Below, piece by piece: positions 12,861 to 27,529 of a DNA stretch of 64,000 bases (position 1 is its first letter; each line of letters begins with the position of its first letter). The DNA is from Octopus vulgaris (lineage: Eukaryota), in assembly GCA_951406725.2 (NCBI GenBank), contig OX597821.1, positions 15,748,001-15,812,000 on the forward strand, read 5' to 3'. The notes below the pieces were generated by a model. It made no database searches, had not been told where the DNA came from, and saw nothing but the letters and a program-made list of their open reading frames with translations. Position numbers and translations under genes: made by a program.

Positions 12861-13577
12861 TATATATAAAGGTGGTTCGAAAATTGGATGGAGACTGCAG
12901 TGACTACGTTTTTCAATTTCAAGGACATGACTGAGAGTACCGATTTCTGCTGCACGTTATATAACAATAGTAAGTTAATATGTAATATATTGCTTTGAAA
13001 GATATCGACTAGCTACAAATATCTGTGCAATAATTAGACAAATTTCCCTTATTTGGTGGTACACTAAAAAAAAAAATCAAATGAAACTAAATAATTCCAA
13101 CTAATTCAATTAAATAAACGTTTGTACAAATTGAAAATATGGTTCAAGAATGACATATACATATCGTGTTAGATGACCTATTTCTGTCATACGATATATA
13201 CCACACAGTTTATTTGGAATGAGAAATTTTAGTACTGATGATCATTATATAATGCAACAATATAGTTGAGGGAGAATGCTACAACTGACTCCTAGCCTTA
13301 AAAAATATATCAACTTTAAGGTCTTAAATTTGACACGTGTTGACAAAAATTCGTATACAATTACAATTATTCCAAGATCTAAGAATGGTGGTAGATCATA
13401 ATAATATAAATAATATAATAAAATAGCTGTTTTGGAATATTTTGCAAACATGAAATATGTAATGTTTTATCATACCTCAGTTCAAATGAAAAACTTTGAG
13501 AAGGCATTTTATTAATTTCGAGAATTTAAGTTGAAAGGTTACATTTACAGACAGACAGACAATCTTCATGAAGTATG

Positions 13578-13969
13578 GTGGAGGCGCAATGGCCCAGTGG
13601 TTAGGGCAGCGGACTCGCGGTCATAGGATCGCGGTTTCGATTCCCAGACCGGGCGTTGTGAGTGTTTATTGAGCGAAAACACCTAAAGCTCCACGATGCT
13701 CCGGCAGGGGATGGTGGTGATCCCTGCTGTACTCTTTCACCACAACTTTCTCTCAATCTTACTTCCTGTTTCTGTTGTACCTGTATTTCAAAGGGCCAGC
13801 CTTGTCACTCTCTGTGTCACGCTGAATATCCCCGAGAACTACGTTAAGGGTACATGTGTCTGTGGAGTGCTCAACCACTTACACGTTAATTTCACGAGCA
13901 GGCTGTTCCATTGATTCGGATCAACCGGAACCCTCATCGTCGTAACCGACGGAGTGCTTCCCTCCCCCG
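13578..13969 (+). mobile_element. Full-length tRNA-derived SINE, family B, with 11-bp TSD
   Basis: Box A TGGCCCAGTGG, box B GTTTCGATTCC. TSD catgaagtatg at 13567-13577 and 13970-13980. Closely similar to the 25.4 and 42.3 kb copies. Confidence 0.92.
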
Positions 13970-15455
13970 CATGAAGTATGTTTGATGAAGTACATTTGAT
14001 GAGTACACGTCACATATTTCAGGATGTCTTCCAGCGACTATATTATTCACAGTGTATTAATTTAAGTCAAGCGTGTATCTGATCCCTAAATGGATAATAA
14101 CTAGTAAAGAGCTTGAATTCATTATATTACATATGCTAGATCCTTTCCTCAAAAATCAGTATCTCAACATATCCAGCAATTTAGACAGAGAAGGAGCCTT
14201 AGATTTGCCGAGTAGAGTATGATTGACTGAAAGTTTTTGATATAAGAATTTGACATTGTTTCAAATGTTTGCAAAACGACAATATTCAGTGCCATACGTC
14301 ATTATTTATTAGTATAATGTCATATTTTTCTATTTTATTTTTTTTCCACCATGAACAGTACCTGTCTGAGACTGTTTAGTTTCATATCGTTTTCATTTAG
14401 ATGTTTCCTCTATTTTTCAAACTGTTTCGTTTAATAATAGTTCCTTTCCATTACCATCTATCTTCATTTGCGTAAAAACATCGCGTTTATCTCCGTCTAT
14501 TAATCTTCGTTTATTTTTCCATCCTGTGTCAATGTTTATTTATTTCTACGTACTAACTCAGAGCAACAGGGCATCTGAATTTAAGAAGTTTACTATTTCT
14601 TCTACACTTACTCCCGTTCTGGTTGGCGTAAACACTATAGCACTTTCACATCATCTCTATTAATCTCTGTCTCTCTCTCTCTGATAATTTATCACTCCCT
14701 TATTACCATTCTCTTAAATAAAACTACTTTGTCTTTTTTATTCTTCCATTCTTTCCATAACCCAAATTTGCGATCTTCTGACATGTCTCTCAAAAGATCG
14801 TCTATACAGCCTATTGTTTGCTGCCATATTCCCTTGCACAGAAACACAAGCGCGAACATTCAAGCACGAATTCATTTTCTCGGTCTCTCATACACATCCC
14901 AACTCATCTCTTCTTTTATTTCCCTCTCTTTCTCTCTTTCTCACACTAGCGCACACATTCTTTCAGGCACCTACACTTAAAAGCACGCAAGACAGTATAT
15001 ATATATATATATATATATATATCACACATGATCAGTTTTTTTGTTTGTCATTCTCAGTCTCTCTCTCTCCCTTCTACTTCTCTATCCATCCCACTCTCTC
15101 TCTCTCTCTCTCTCTCTCATACACTCTCTAATTTCTCTTATATGACCTAACTTCTCTTGGTCCTGACACAAAGTACCATGCGCCATTTTTTACTTGCCTA
15201 CACAATGTGATTCCGGTCTGTATATTGATTTTTGGCACGTCTCCATATTGCCTACATACTAACACAGTTTCAAACGGTAATAGGTCTAAGTTAAAAGAAA
15301 CGAATACTGCGTAGCTCTACGCACATGCATAAACACATGCTCAGAGAGAGAGAAAAAAAAACTCGCTAGCGAATCTATGCAAATCACCACATCTTGCACA
15401 AAATACATTCTCACAAATGTTTCAGCGTATGTGAACACACACACATATGTATATA

Positions 15456-15489
<34 letters not shown>

Positions 15490-15527
15490 ATATCGAAAAT
15501 ATTAAAAAATTCATCAAAATATTCTAT

Positions 15528-15707
15528 TACTCTTTTACTTGTTTCAGTCATTTGACTGCGGCCATGCTGGAGCACCGCCTTTAATCGAGCAACTCAACCC
15601 CGGGACTTATTCTATCGGTCTCCTTTGCCGAACCGCTAAGTGACGGGGATATAAACACATCAGCATTAGTTGTCAAGCAATGCTAGGGGGACAAACACAG
15701 ACACACA

Positions 15708-15771
<64 letters not shown>

Positions 15772-15922
15772 TACGACAGGCTTCTTTCAGTTTCCGTCTA
15801 CAAAATCTACTCACAAGGCTTTGGTCGACCCGAGGCTATAGTAGAAGACACTTGCCCACGGTGCCACGCAGTGAGACTGAACCTGGAATCATGTGGTTGG
15901 TAAACAAGCTACTTACCACACA
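15528..15922 (-). mobile_element. SINE family A
   Basis: Reverse complement of the family A head, internal (TA)n and tail. Confidence 0.85.
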
Positions 15923-16088
15923 AGACATCGTGTAATAAGTAGCTCAGATTATGTAGCACAAGGAGAAAACAACCCCGAACATCATTCAATTTCGCAAACA
16001 AGACACACCGTTACATGCAGGAATATATAACCTATATATATATATACATTCATACTATATATCTATACACACACACACACACACACAC

Positions 16089-16139
<51 letters not shown>

Positions 16140-16180
16140 GATACATATAAATACTTAAATATATAAATGTATATATATAT

Positions 16181-16885
16181 AAAACTTAGATAAAACTTAG
16201 ATATGTTTCGACCAGAGATTGGTCCAGGCCATGTCTAACTTAATAGCACCACCTGATAGGATTATTCGAATCCTGTTTAAGTCAAGTTTTGTTCAAGTAG
16301 TGAGTTCTTGTTGGGTGAGTTGTATCCAGTTTTGTTCAAGTAGTGAGTTCTTGTTGGGTGAGTTGTATCCAATTATGGGTGGCTTGTCTGGTATTCTTTG
16401 AAGGAATCTATCCAGACTCTGTTTGAAGTTGATGGGATCCTTTTCCTCTTTGATCTCCCTCGGGACAATGTTAAATAGGGCAGGGCCTGTTGAGGAAAAG
16501 AAATTATGTTGCAGTGTACATGTATGTTGTGATCTTGAATTTGGCAGGGGACGTATAGCCCGTGGTCCAAGTCTCGGATGAACCTTGAAGCTAATGTTTA
16601 GGTCGTTTGGGCAAAGTTGGCGGTATATTTTCCACATCGTACAAATGATGTACCGCTCACGGCGACGCTGGAGGGAGTAAAGTTTCAAGGCTTTAAGGCG
16701 ATCCCAATAGTCGAGAGCAGCCATGCTTTCAATTTGTTTAGTGAGAGCCCTCTGGGGTGACTCAATTCTGGAGATGTTTTGTCTTGTGTGAGCAGACCAC
16801 AGTGGGCAGCAGTATTCAAGGTGTGGCCGTACAAAGGATGAAAAAAGTGGTATGATGACACCTTGTTCTCTGAACCGGAAAGTTA
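16181..16885 (-). mobile_element. 5'-truncated CR1-group LINE (second family): ORF2 C-terminus plus 3' tail
   Basis: [13 protein letters not shown]...[20 protein letters not shown] is homologous to the 47-50 kb LINE C-terminus. There is a 43-bp tandem duplication at 16285-16370 and a repeated atctaagtttt tail. TA-rich repeat flanks both sides. Confidence 0.88.
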
Positions 16886-17440
<555 letters not shown>

Positions 17441-17613
17441 GGCATATATACGAGACTACCCCTGATCCGTCGGATCACTGGGGAGATCTGCGTTTACCAG
17501 CAACGGAGATTTCTTTCATGTTTTTTCTTTTCCTTGTTATTTCGCAGGCTTTCAACGAATGTGACATCGATATATATATATATGCATACTTTTAAAACGA
17601 GAGATTAGGAAAC

Positions 17614-17760
17614 CAGATCACTGCCTTGAATCGAACTCGGAATCCATGAGTTGTAGCTCGCGCTCTTAACCACTACGTCATATACCCACGGGCATATGGT
17701 ATAGCGGTTATACTCGTGAGCTACTAACCCCAAGATTCCGAGTTCGATTCCAGGCAGTGA

Positions 17761-17764
<4 letters not shown>
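17614..17764. other. Head-to-head inverted pair of tRNA-like (box A/box B) units
   Basis: 17690-17764 (+) gggcatatggtatagcggtt...gagttcgattcc and 17687-17614 (-) gggtatatgacgtagtggtt...gagttcgattca, with a 2-nt spacer. Confidence 0.75.
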
Positions 17765-17795
<31 letters not shown>

Positions 17796-20312
17796 TAGAT
17801 TGATAGAGTATCTAAAGAACTGGACTCCTTAGATGAGCAAAAGTGGGAGGGTGTCAAGGTAGAAGATATAAGATCTGCTCTCAGGAGGTCAAGCAAATGG
17901 AAGTCTCCAGGAAAGGATAAAATCCCTAATTTCTGGTTGAATGCCTTCCCAGAGAGCCATGAACTGCTAACAAAACTTTACAATGATGTTTTGCAACACC
18001 CTAGTAGGATGCCTCCTTGGCTAGTTAATGGGTTAACATTCCTGCTTCCAAAAAGTGAAGAAACAAATGAACCAAAAAACTATACACCCATAACCTGCTT
18101 AACAACTATGTATAAAACACTAACATCTGTCCTGACGGAATATACCTATAGTTTTCTGACAGACAGCAGCATATTCCCTAATGAACAGAAAGGATGTAAA
18201 CGTGGATCCTACGGTTGTAAAGATCAGCTACTCATCAATAAGATGATCTTAGAAGATTGTCACAAACGACACAAAAACTTATCAATAGCCTGGATAGACT
18301 ATAAAAAGGCTTTTGATAGCCTACCACATAGCTGGATTAAGAAATGCCTAAAAATGTATAAGATAGCACCGACAATGCGAAACTTCTTGTCTGTAAGTAT
18401 GAGATCATGGAGAACCACACTAACTTTGAACAGCGACAATGAATCTCTAAATGCTGGTGATGTAAAAATTTCATGTGGCATTTTCCAGGGTGACTCACTA
18501 TCACCACTCCTCTTCTGTTTAGCCTTAATAACTCTCTCAAAACTGCTCAATGACGCGCAGTACGGATATAAAATGCTTGATAAAAATATAAATCATCTCA
18601 TTTACATGGATGATTTAAAGCTCTTAGCAAAAAATGACCAACAACTCATGGGCTTACTAGCAATTGTCAAACAATTCAGTGATGACATCAGAATGCAATT
18701 TGGCCTCGATAAGTGTGCAAAAGCTACCTTTATCAAAGGAAAAATGACAGAAACATCTAACGTTAACCTTGACCAGCAGAACGTCATAAAAGAATTAGAC
18801 CCAGCGGAGAACTACAAGTATCTAGGGGTAATTGAAGGAGAGGGAATAAGGCATTCAGAGATGAAGGAAAGGATCAGGAAAGAATGTTATCGCAGAGTAA
18901 GAGCAATACTCAGGACAGAGCCGAATGCGAGAAACAGGATCGAAGCGATCAATGCATTAGCCATACCAGTCGTGACTTACAGTTTCAATATCGTTAACTG
19001 GTCAATTACTGAAATATGTAATGTTGACAGAAAAATACGAAAACTGTTGACAATGCATAGAATGCACCACCCTAAGGCAGATACAGAACAACTTCATCTG
19101 CCAAGAAAAGAGGGAGGCCGTGGACTTTTACAACTGGCAATAACAATGAAGATTGCTACAATTGGCTTAGACACCTACCTGAAAAACTCTGAGGACTGGA
19201 TGTTAAAACTTGTCTCAAAACATGAAAACAAGAAAGCATCATACTCAGTAACAAAACAGGCAAAGGAATATCTAAGTGAATTCCGAATACAACAAATTTC
19301 GGAATTAGAGATAGACATACAAGAAACAGGCACAGAAAAAGCTAAGCGCATGAAAACCCGTGCTAAATCTGCGGCCTGAATAATAAATGGCAAGAAAAAC
19401 CTCTCTATGGCAAATACCCAAAGAGAGCGAATTATGCAGATGTTGACAAAGCCCTGACCCATCAATGGCTAATGGCCTCAGGATTAAAATCTGAAACAGG
19501 GGGTTTATCATAGCAGCTCAAGATCAATGCCTACCAACAAGAAACTACCAGGCCAACATATAAAAGATCAGCAGTAGCCCAACATGTCGTGTATGCCGAC
19601 AACAAAATGAAACCATTGATCATGTTGTCTCCAAGTGCAGTCTTCTAGCGCCTACAGAGTATCTCAACAGGCACGATAGAGCTGCACAATATATTCACTG
19701 GGTAATCTGCAAAAACCTGGATTTTCCCCATGAAAAAACTGGTGGGAACAAAAACAACCCCCAGTGCTTGAAAATGACCACATCTCACTCCTCTGGAACT
19801 TCACCATTCAAACTGACAGAAAGATAGATGCAAATAGGCCAGACATCATATTGAAAGACTTCAAACAAAGAACATGCCTCCTCATTGATATGACTGTCCC
19901 AATCGATATAAACGTATCTGTCAAGACCTACCAAAAACTGAGCAAATATAAAGATCTTGAAATAGAAATCAGCAAAATGTGGAACCTGAAGACTAAAACA
20001 ATACCTGTTGTCATAGGTGCCCTGGGAATGATAGCTACCTAACTCAGATACCAGGAAACCCAAAAATGGCAGAAATTCAAAAGATAGTGCTCATGGGAAC
20101 TGCTCATATCCTACGCAAAATACTTTCTATGTAATCTCAAGGTTTAAAACAAACATTTTTTTTATAGACATCCACCAGTACGACACAAAAAACAACCAAA
20201 TATATGGCACACTAGGCATAACAACAACGTGAACTTCCAATCTGTTGTCTCTTGAGGTCTCCGGGTGAGACTTGGAGCCAACTTGTACAAATGTAAAGCA
20301 AAAGTCAAACAT
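17796..20312 (+). mobile_element. R4/Dong-type site-specific non-LTR retrotransposon (RT + CCHC + RLE), 5'-truncated
   Basis: RT motifs WIDYKKAFDS, GIFQGDSLSP, YMDD, YKYLG. Downstream CRVC..ETIDHVVSKC knuckle, RHD, RPDII..IDMTVP..KYKDL. Ends GTAHILRKILSM* at 20134. (TAA)n on both flanks. Confidence 0.9.
17937..20134 (+). pseudogene. Disrupted RT-RLE polyprotein
   Basis: 480-aa open RT segment, then several stops and frameshifts through the zinc knuckle and endonuclease. Confidence 0.88.
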
Positions 20313-20500
<188 letters not shown>

Positions 20501-22399
20501 CATGATGATGATGTTGATGATGATGATCTGAATCTTTCATATAGGTCGCTTCGTGTTTTAGTTAGTATGTATGGATTTTGAAAATCTTTGTATGCACTTC
20601 ACAGCTGATAACTCACATTTTGATGGTTTTTGCATAAGTGTTTTGTGTTTATGAGAAACGCATCCTTTTTTTAATTCGTTGAATAGTTCTTACAAATCAA
20701 TATGTATTTGCTTCGTTAGAAAATTATGTTCACCTGAGATTCCTGAAGAATCTCAGGTAAACATTAAATTTTGGAACGACGCCCAGTATTTTCAAAGGGA
20801 CATCTATATATAATTGCAATGCATCTTCACTATTATAATATTTAATCTACTGCCACATATTTGTACTTAATTGCTTAAAACCTTTTCTTCCCGTCTCATA
20901 AATTGGCGTGATAAAGCAATTATTAGTTTAGTTATTGGCAATGTCCTATTTAAACAAACAGATTAATTCGTATCAAAGTCATCTAAAAATTGCACTTTTA
21001 TTGTGCTAGCTGAAACCATTCAGTTGTAGACTTTTAACAACGCAATGTTTACTTTCATTTTCAGCGGCCTACATTGCATCATAAAACTACTTTAAAACAA
21101 GACACAATGTTTTACGAGAATAAATTCTTCCAAATTACAATATTTGTTTGTACATGCCATGACTAAACATGCGTTGAATTGCATTGTACTTGGAGCAGGT
21201 GAAAGTAGGTAAGTAGAAATCCGATATTTTATATATTTATTCTGAATCAGAAGTCGACAAACATTGAGAAAGATAATACTGTAATTTACACTGAGTTTAT
21301 AGTGTTCAGGTATATTTTGTCTGGGAAAATTATACATGCAATGTAAGTCACAACTAAATGTTGTATCTATATTCTAATCAGCTCTGAAGGTCATATTAAA
21401 ATAATACGCACACTCATTAGAAAGACAAAACATAGTAGTGAGTGAAAAAATACAGGGATGGGGGAAAAGAGAGAGAGAGTTCGAAAAAAAGTAAAATATG
21501 AGTTAACATCGAATATTTTATATTTTAACTACGCAAGAAGGAACATAAATTAAAGAAACGAAAATCGTGCGCAGAAACACAATTAAATTACTTTCATCAT
21601 CATATTCGGACTACAAAATGAAATAATAACAGCGGTACAGGAAATACACTACATCCACTAGACATTGTACCGGCGCTGGTTATGTTACTAAGAAATCAAG
21701 CTGCAATAGACTGGAGGAGAAACATAAAGCGCATTGCATCGTCAAATGTTGCATACTGACTGCACACATAGAAACCGCATGGAAACTTGAAAGAGCATTT
21801 CGATACGCGAAGAACAGAATTTGTTGCTATACCTTAATCCAACTCTCATACCTCTTTCAATGTGTAACTATCACGTAATAATTAGAGTCATCTACTTCAG
21901 TGTGTATACTACTATAATAATATTTATAAACATCTGTCTCAGCCTCTTAGTTCAGAAAGCATACAAACACAGCTGTACATAAAATGGCTGTCGTTTATAA
22001 TCTCATTAGGACCATTACCATCGATAGCATACGATAAATCACAGATGCAGAGGGATTACAATTAGACCCGCAGGAATCCTAACTTATTTCCTTTAATTCT
22101 TCTCACAACCAGAATCTAAAGTTGTGTGAGCTGCTAGCCAACTTTCATTCTACTTTCTATAATTACAGTGATTATCCTCACATCACACTCGTCTTAATAA
22201 AAGTATGTCACGTTACCAAATTTTCAAACTACATTTTACAGATATTTTTCAAACAACCCAGACTGTTAAACATCGTTCTGATATTAATATTCCGTAAAAT
22301 AAAAAGAATGGAATATTTCTAATACTTTATATGTGCTGCATATGAAAGCTGGCTTTAAAGTTCAGTACCTGACCAACATATTCTTGTGGAATGTGATCA

Positions 22400-23180
22400 A
22401 ATAAGCCTTACTTTTCAACAGCTTGAGGTTCTGTCGGTGTTGTAGTGCTTAGAAAGCCTTCTATGACTGCTTCGGTGACTTTGAATATTACCTTCCATTA
22501 AATGATGTATTGTTTCTTTGTCTGATTGAAAGTAATGAACCTGACACTCATCCTGGGTTACTAAATATTGAAGGAAACCAGATGGTTCTACTTCAAATAA
22601 TATCAATTTTTCCCAGTGATGTGATCGACCTGGTGCACTTTTGATCAGGTGGAAGAAACATGCCACCCACCGAGAAGAGACCTTTGTCGTGCCAATTTCA
22701 TTGTGCAGAATGATGCCAACTTTCTCATGGGATATGCTAATAACATCGGTTATTTTATAATCGGTCGCCTGTCATCACTCACCATGTGTTGAACACTATT
22801 AATGTTTCCTTCAGTAGTAGCAGCTGAAGGACGTCCAGTCCTTGGGTTATCTTCGAGATTTCACCTTCCACTTAAATTTAGCTGCCCTCTTTACATCTCT
22901 TATCATAAAAGGCATTACTGATAAAGCTTGAGCGTCGTCCCGTAATTTTACAAGGATGTCAGCATGAATGTCTTTCAGGGCTAAACTCCTCTCACTGAAG
23001 GTACTTGACAACACCACGATGTCAAATTTTGACCATTTTAACGTCACTAGCAATTACTTCCTTGAACAGTCAGATGTCGGTATACCTGGAAAATTACAAT
23101 GCAGTTAATAAGAAGTTAATTATTGCATGAAAGATTTCACATGTCTAGTCTCACTCCTTCATATTCAGGCTGTCCACGTA
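22400..23180 (-). mobile_element. Old decayed mariner, 5' half of transposase
   Basis: Minus-strand frames give LKDIHADILVKLRDDAQALS (N-terminal HTH region) and LVTQDECQVHYF (first catalytic D motif), with many disruptions. Boundaries are approximate. Confidence 0.7.
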
Positions 23181-24029
23181 TGATATTTCTATTTCATGTC
23201 AGAATCTGCCATGTAAGTTCTTAGGTCGGTTGGCGAGATAGTATATCTAGTACAGTCAATACTGCAGCTAACTTTATACCTTAAATAAAAGATACGAGCT
23301 GATCTTGATCACTTAGATATAGAAAGGCATTAAAGAATATTTGTTCCCTACATCGACTTGCACGACTAATAACAACAGCAGCAGCATTAGTGTGGTGTTC
23401 AGAAAAATTATACGAACTATCCTCAATTATTGTAATCTATGCAAACGTGCTTATATTAATGAATGATAACCAAGCAATATAATTGATGTATGGATATGTA
23501 GACATTAATTAATTATAGTTGATTACTAATTATTTAATGAATCTCTAAAAATGACAGTTATAATTGTATCTAGAAATAATGGAAAAGTTAACGTTAAGTT
23601 TTGTACTTATTGAATGGCTGTTTTGCGCAAATACATGAAATTACTTTGTGAGATAAATTCTATATAACAATGAATATATAAAATCGATTTAGTGGTAGTG
23701 GCACAGACTGGAGTTTTATCAATATTTTTTATGTTATAAATAAATCACCTTTCTACTCTTGATATTTGCCGTGACAAAAATCTATCATGGGTCGTTTGAA
23801 ACATTAAAGATAATTGAAGAATTACAATAACCAGAAGTTTCTGTGTTTTTAACATTGTCATCTTTGTTGAGATTTGGGGGAACGTGGAAACAAAAAACTG
23901 AAGTCATCACTTATCGTACAAAGCGGTCGTCAAAGCTCGAAAAAGAGAGAAAACAGACGAGGTAAAACGTGAATGATATTCACGTATTTCAATCAAAAAC
24001 AATAATGTTTAGCACATTCTCTCATTTTT

Positions 24030-24295
24030 TTCATCTTTTACTTACATCAGTCATTAGACAACGGTCATGATAGGGCGCCATCTTGAAGAATTCTAGTGGG
24101 ACAAATCAGACCCAATACATATTTTAAAGACTGGTACTTATTCTATCGCTTCTTTTGTCGAACAACCAGATTACGAGGATATAAACAAACACCGATTGTC
24201 AAGCAGTGGGGTTAGGGACACCAGCACAATCGTGCATACAGATAAACGCGCACACTTTCATTCATCGTCTGTCGAATCCACTCACAAGGCTTTCA
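24030..24295 (-). mobile_element. Decayed family A SINE
   Basis: cagtcattagacaacggtcatg, tacttattctatcg and aatccactcacaaggcttt blocks. Confidence 0.6.
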
Positions 24296-24639
24296 TTGAA
24301 TCATTTTCATTAAAAAAAACACACGGTGACGGGCGAGTATTTACAAAGGTAAGTTGCAATATAGTATATCGAAATTTAGTCTTTAGGGTGTATATTTTAT
24401 CCTTGGGATCTGCCGTAATATCAGTTAATGCTACATCAAACAAAGGCATTCAATTACTCATTCGTAATTTTTGATAGTAGGAATATTTATGTATAAATAG
24501 TTTAGAGAATTTTCATATCAACTGCTTCTCAAATAAATGAGAATACTTGGTCATTCAGATTATACACATCACGCGATAGTTTCTAGTGTTTTAAAGAAAA
24601 TATGCAAATAATAATAATAATAATGATAAAAATAATAAA

Positions 24640-24823
24640 ACACCAGGACTTACAAATATATATAACATACAGAAATTTACACGACTGGGCACTGCACACA
24701 TCCTACACAAATCACTTTCAATACAGTAAACATAAGAGCATCACAGCAAACCACAGCACATACCCAAGGCACACAGAGCTGCGATCGGTAGAGAAGTGAA
24801 AGCACGTTATAAAAATAAAATAG

Positions 24824-24826
<3 letters not shown>
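24640..24826 (+). mobile_element. 3' tail of a second Dong-like subfamily in (TAA)n
   Basis: Translates TPGLTNIYNIQKFTRLGTAHILHKSLSIQ*, matching IPGNPKMAEIQKIVLMGTAHILRKILSM* of the 20.1 kb element. The UTR differs and TAA repeats lie on both sides. Confidence 0.8.
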
Positions 24827-24888
<62 letters not shown>

Positions 24889-25414
24889 TACAACAAAAAT
24901 AATCTCGACTCAATTAGGATTTATTTAGACCAGTATGATGAGTAGACATGACCTACGCACATTTATCATGGAAATAATTCCGTTGTCTGTCGTGAATAAT
25001 GAAACAGGATTCATGACACAGAATCGTTCACTCAAATATAATTGTGCTAATAGTACGAATCACTATAATCGAAATGCTTTTAGTGTAGTTGACTGTATAT
25101 TTTCATTTTGTTTTTGTTTTGCGTGGGGGATTGCTGTGTATTATTAGTCATTGTGATAAATAAAAGTAAAAAGACCAGAGCACGCATCTTTGACCAAGAA
25201 GATATTCTGTTAAGTAAATTGAGAAACGGGGAATTAATTTCCATAGACATGACAGCTGGAGACAAGACAACTGGATTTAATGAGTAAACTATTGAGTGTG
25301 GATTTTAATATATCAGTAATTGAGACCTGGGTTACGGATTGGAAGATTAGTGACAGGAAAGTTGTTTTTAATAGCGTTTCTTTAATTTAGTTTCTTGGAA
25401 TACCTGACAATATT

Positions 25415-25803
25415 GAGGAAGCACTCCGTCGGTTACGACGACGAGGGTTCCGGTTGATCCGAATCAACGGAACAGCCTGCTCGTGAAATTAACGTGTAAG
25501 TGGCTGAGCACTCCACAGACACGTGTACGCTTAACGTAGTTCTCGGGGATATTCAGCGTGACACAGAGAGTGACAAGGCCGGCCCTTTGAAATACAGATA
25601 CAACAGAAACAGGAAGTAAGAGTGGGAGAAAGTTGTGGTGAAAGAGTACAGCAGTGATCACCACCATCCCCTGCCGGAGCATCGTGGAGCTTTTAGGTGT
25701 TTTCGCTCAATAAACACTCACAACGCCCGGTCTGGGAATCGAAACCGCGATCCTATGACCGTGAGTCCGCTGCCCTAACCACTGGGCCATTGCGCCTCCA
25801 CTT
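25415..25803 (-). mobile_element. Full-length SINE family B with 11-bp TSD
   Basis: TSD ctgacaatatt at 25404-25414 and 25804-25814. Reverse complement of the 13.6 kb copy. Confidence 0.92.
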
Positions 25804-26146
25804 CTGACAATATTAATGATGACTCACATGATAAAAGGAAAAATATATGTAGCTGTGCTAATAGCGTTCTGCTTCTCATATAAATGTATCTTTGATTTGG
25901 GTTTTCTGGTTCGTATAACACAATGATAATGATAGTTTAGTTTTTGCATTTTCCTTCAATCAGAACTTGGTATATTATTGATCATGCGTGGACATTTCAC
26001 AGACTTTTCTACATGTTCCACTTAAAATGAAACTGGACGTGTTGCAGCTATATTGATCACAAACCTATGTCATCAAACGGTTCATATTTCACTCCTATGT
26101 ATACAAGTATACGTACACACATACTCACACACACGCGCACACACAT

Positions 26147-26199
<53 letters not shown>

Positions 26200-26260
26200 T
26201 AGATAGATTGATACGGCATATATACATACGTACATACTCAAAATCACATATAAGTAAATT

Positions 26261-26350
<90 letters not shown>

Positions 26351-27422
26351 CATATAAATATATATCATATGTATACACATAAATATGTATATACCTATAT
26401 ATCTATATATATATCTACACGCGCACATATATATGCATACATGCATATATACATACATATATACATGCATACATGCATTTTTATTATGCATATCTATAAC
26501 TATTACCTATATTTTTAAATAAAGCTTATGACGACATTATATTATCCGTCGTAGCCTTCATACCGGAATAGATTAAAATGTTTGTAATAAAATGAAGCCA
26601 GCTACATTTATGTTGTAAATTCCCTATACGCAAAATTACGCTTCGATTCTGATATTTCCAGCTGATAAATCTAATAGACCGTTTACTTGAGCTAACTAAT
26701 TGATGTATTGATTATATTGGAAATCCGGAACTACAGTCACCATAATCATTAATGTGTCAGATGCACTAAAATAACATATTTACTGCTGAAGATTATTTGG
26801 TTGGGTTTCCGTTAATTCAAAGTTCAATTTCGATCTAATTCACTGCGCTCCCTATAAGCTGCACTGATATAGTTTTAAACCTACAGTTTTTTTAGGCCAG
26901 AGCATATTTTACCCCACACCTCGCACTATATTGATGTCTAAACAAATAGTACACATGTAAACTAATCTAGACTACATCCAAATTAGACTGCATCCAAATT
27001 AGTAGTGATATTTTCACCGCTCAGTAACAAGGATATTTTTTCAAGGAAAAGCAACACCTCGCTAAGTAGTACTAATAGTTCACGAAAAACGAACCTCCAC
27101 CAATTACTCTGCCTATATATTTGTACACACCTTTGAATGCCGTGTATAGCATAATGTCTGCAAATCTAAGAGACCCCTCAAAAGACATTTTAAGATCCAC
27201 AACGATCAGAACTTAACTGCTACACATAATGATCCAAATCAGATATGCAATCTATGTGCGTGATTTTTTAAAACATTCTTTGGTTTAGAAAGTCACATCA
27301 GACGCCATGATAGATCTAAGATATAATGACACGAGATGGTTAGACCCTGCATAAGGAGTAGACAACCACCATATAGTATGTTTGGACGTACGTATGCATG
27401 GATGTAAGTATCTATGTATAAG

Positions 27423-27529
<107 letters not shown>

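Noticed and set aside
13578-13655. tRNA gene calls for SINE heads (also 17690, 25730, 41730)
   Set aside because: Boxes A and B are present but there is no proper cloverleaf or acceptor stem, and most continue into SINE bodies.
13662-13914. Recurrent 60-70 aa ORFs also at 25464 and 42325
   Set aside because: They recur only because they lie within SINE B copies.
16285-16370. 43-bp direct repeat as a CRISPR-like array
   Set aside because: Two adjacent copies with no spacer inside a LINE; a simple tandem duplication in eukaryotic DNA.
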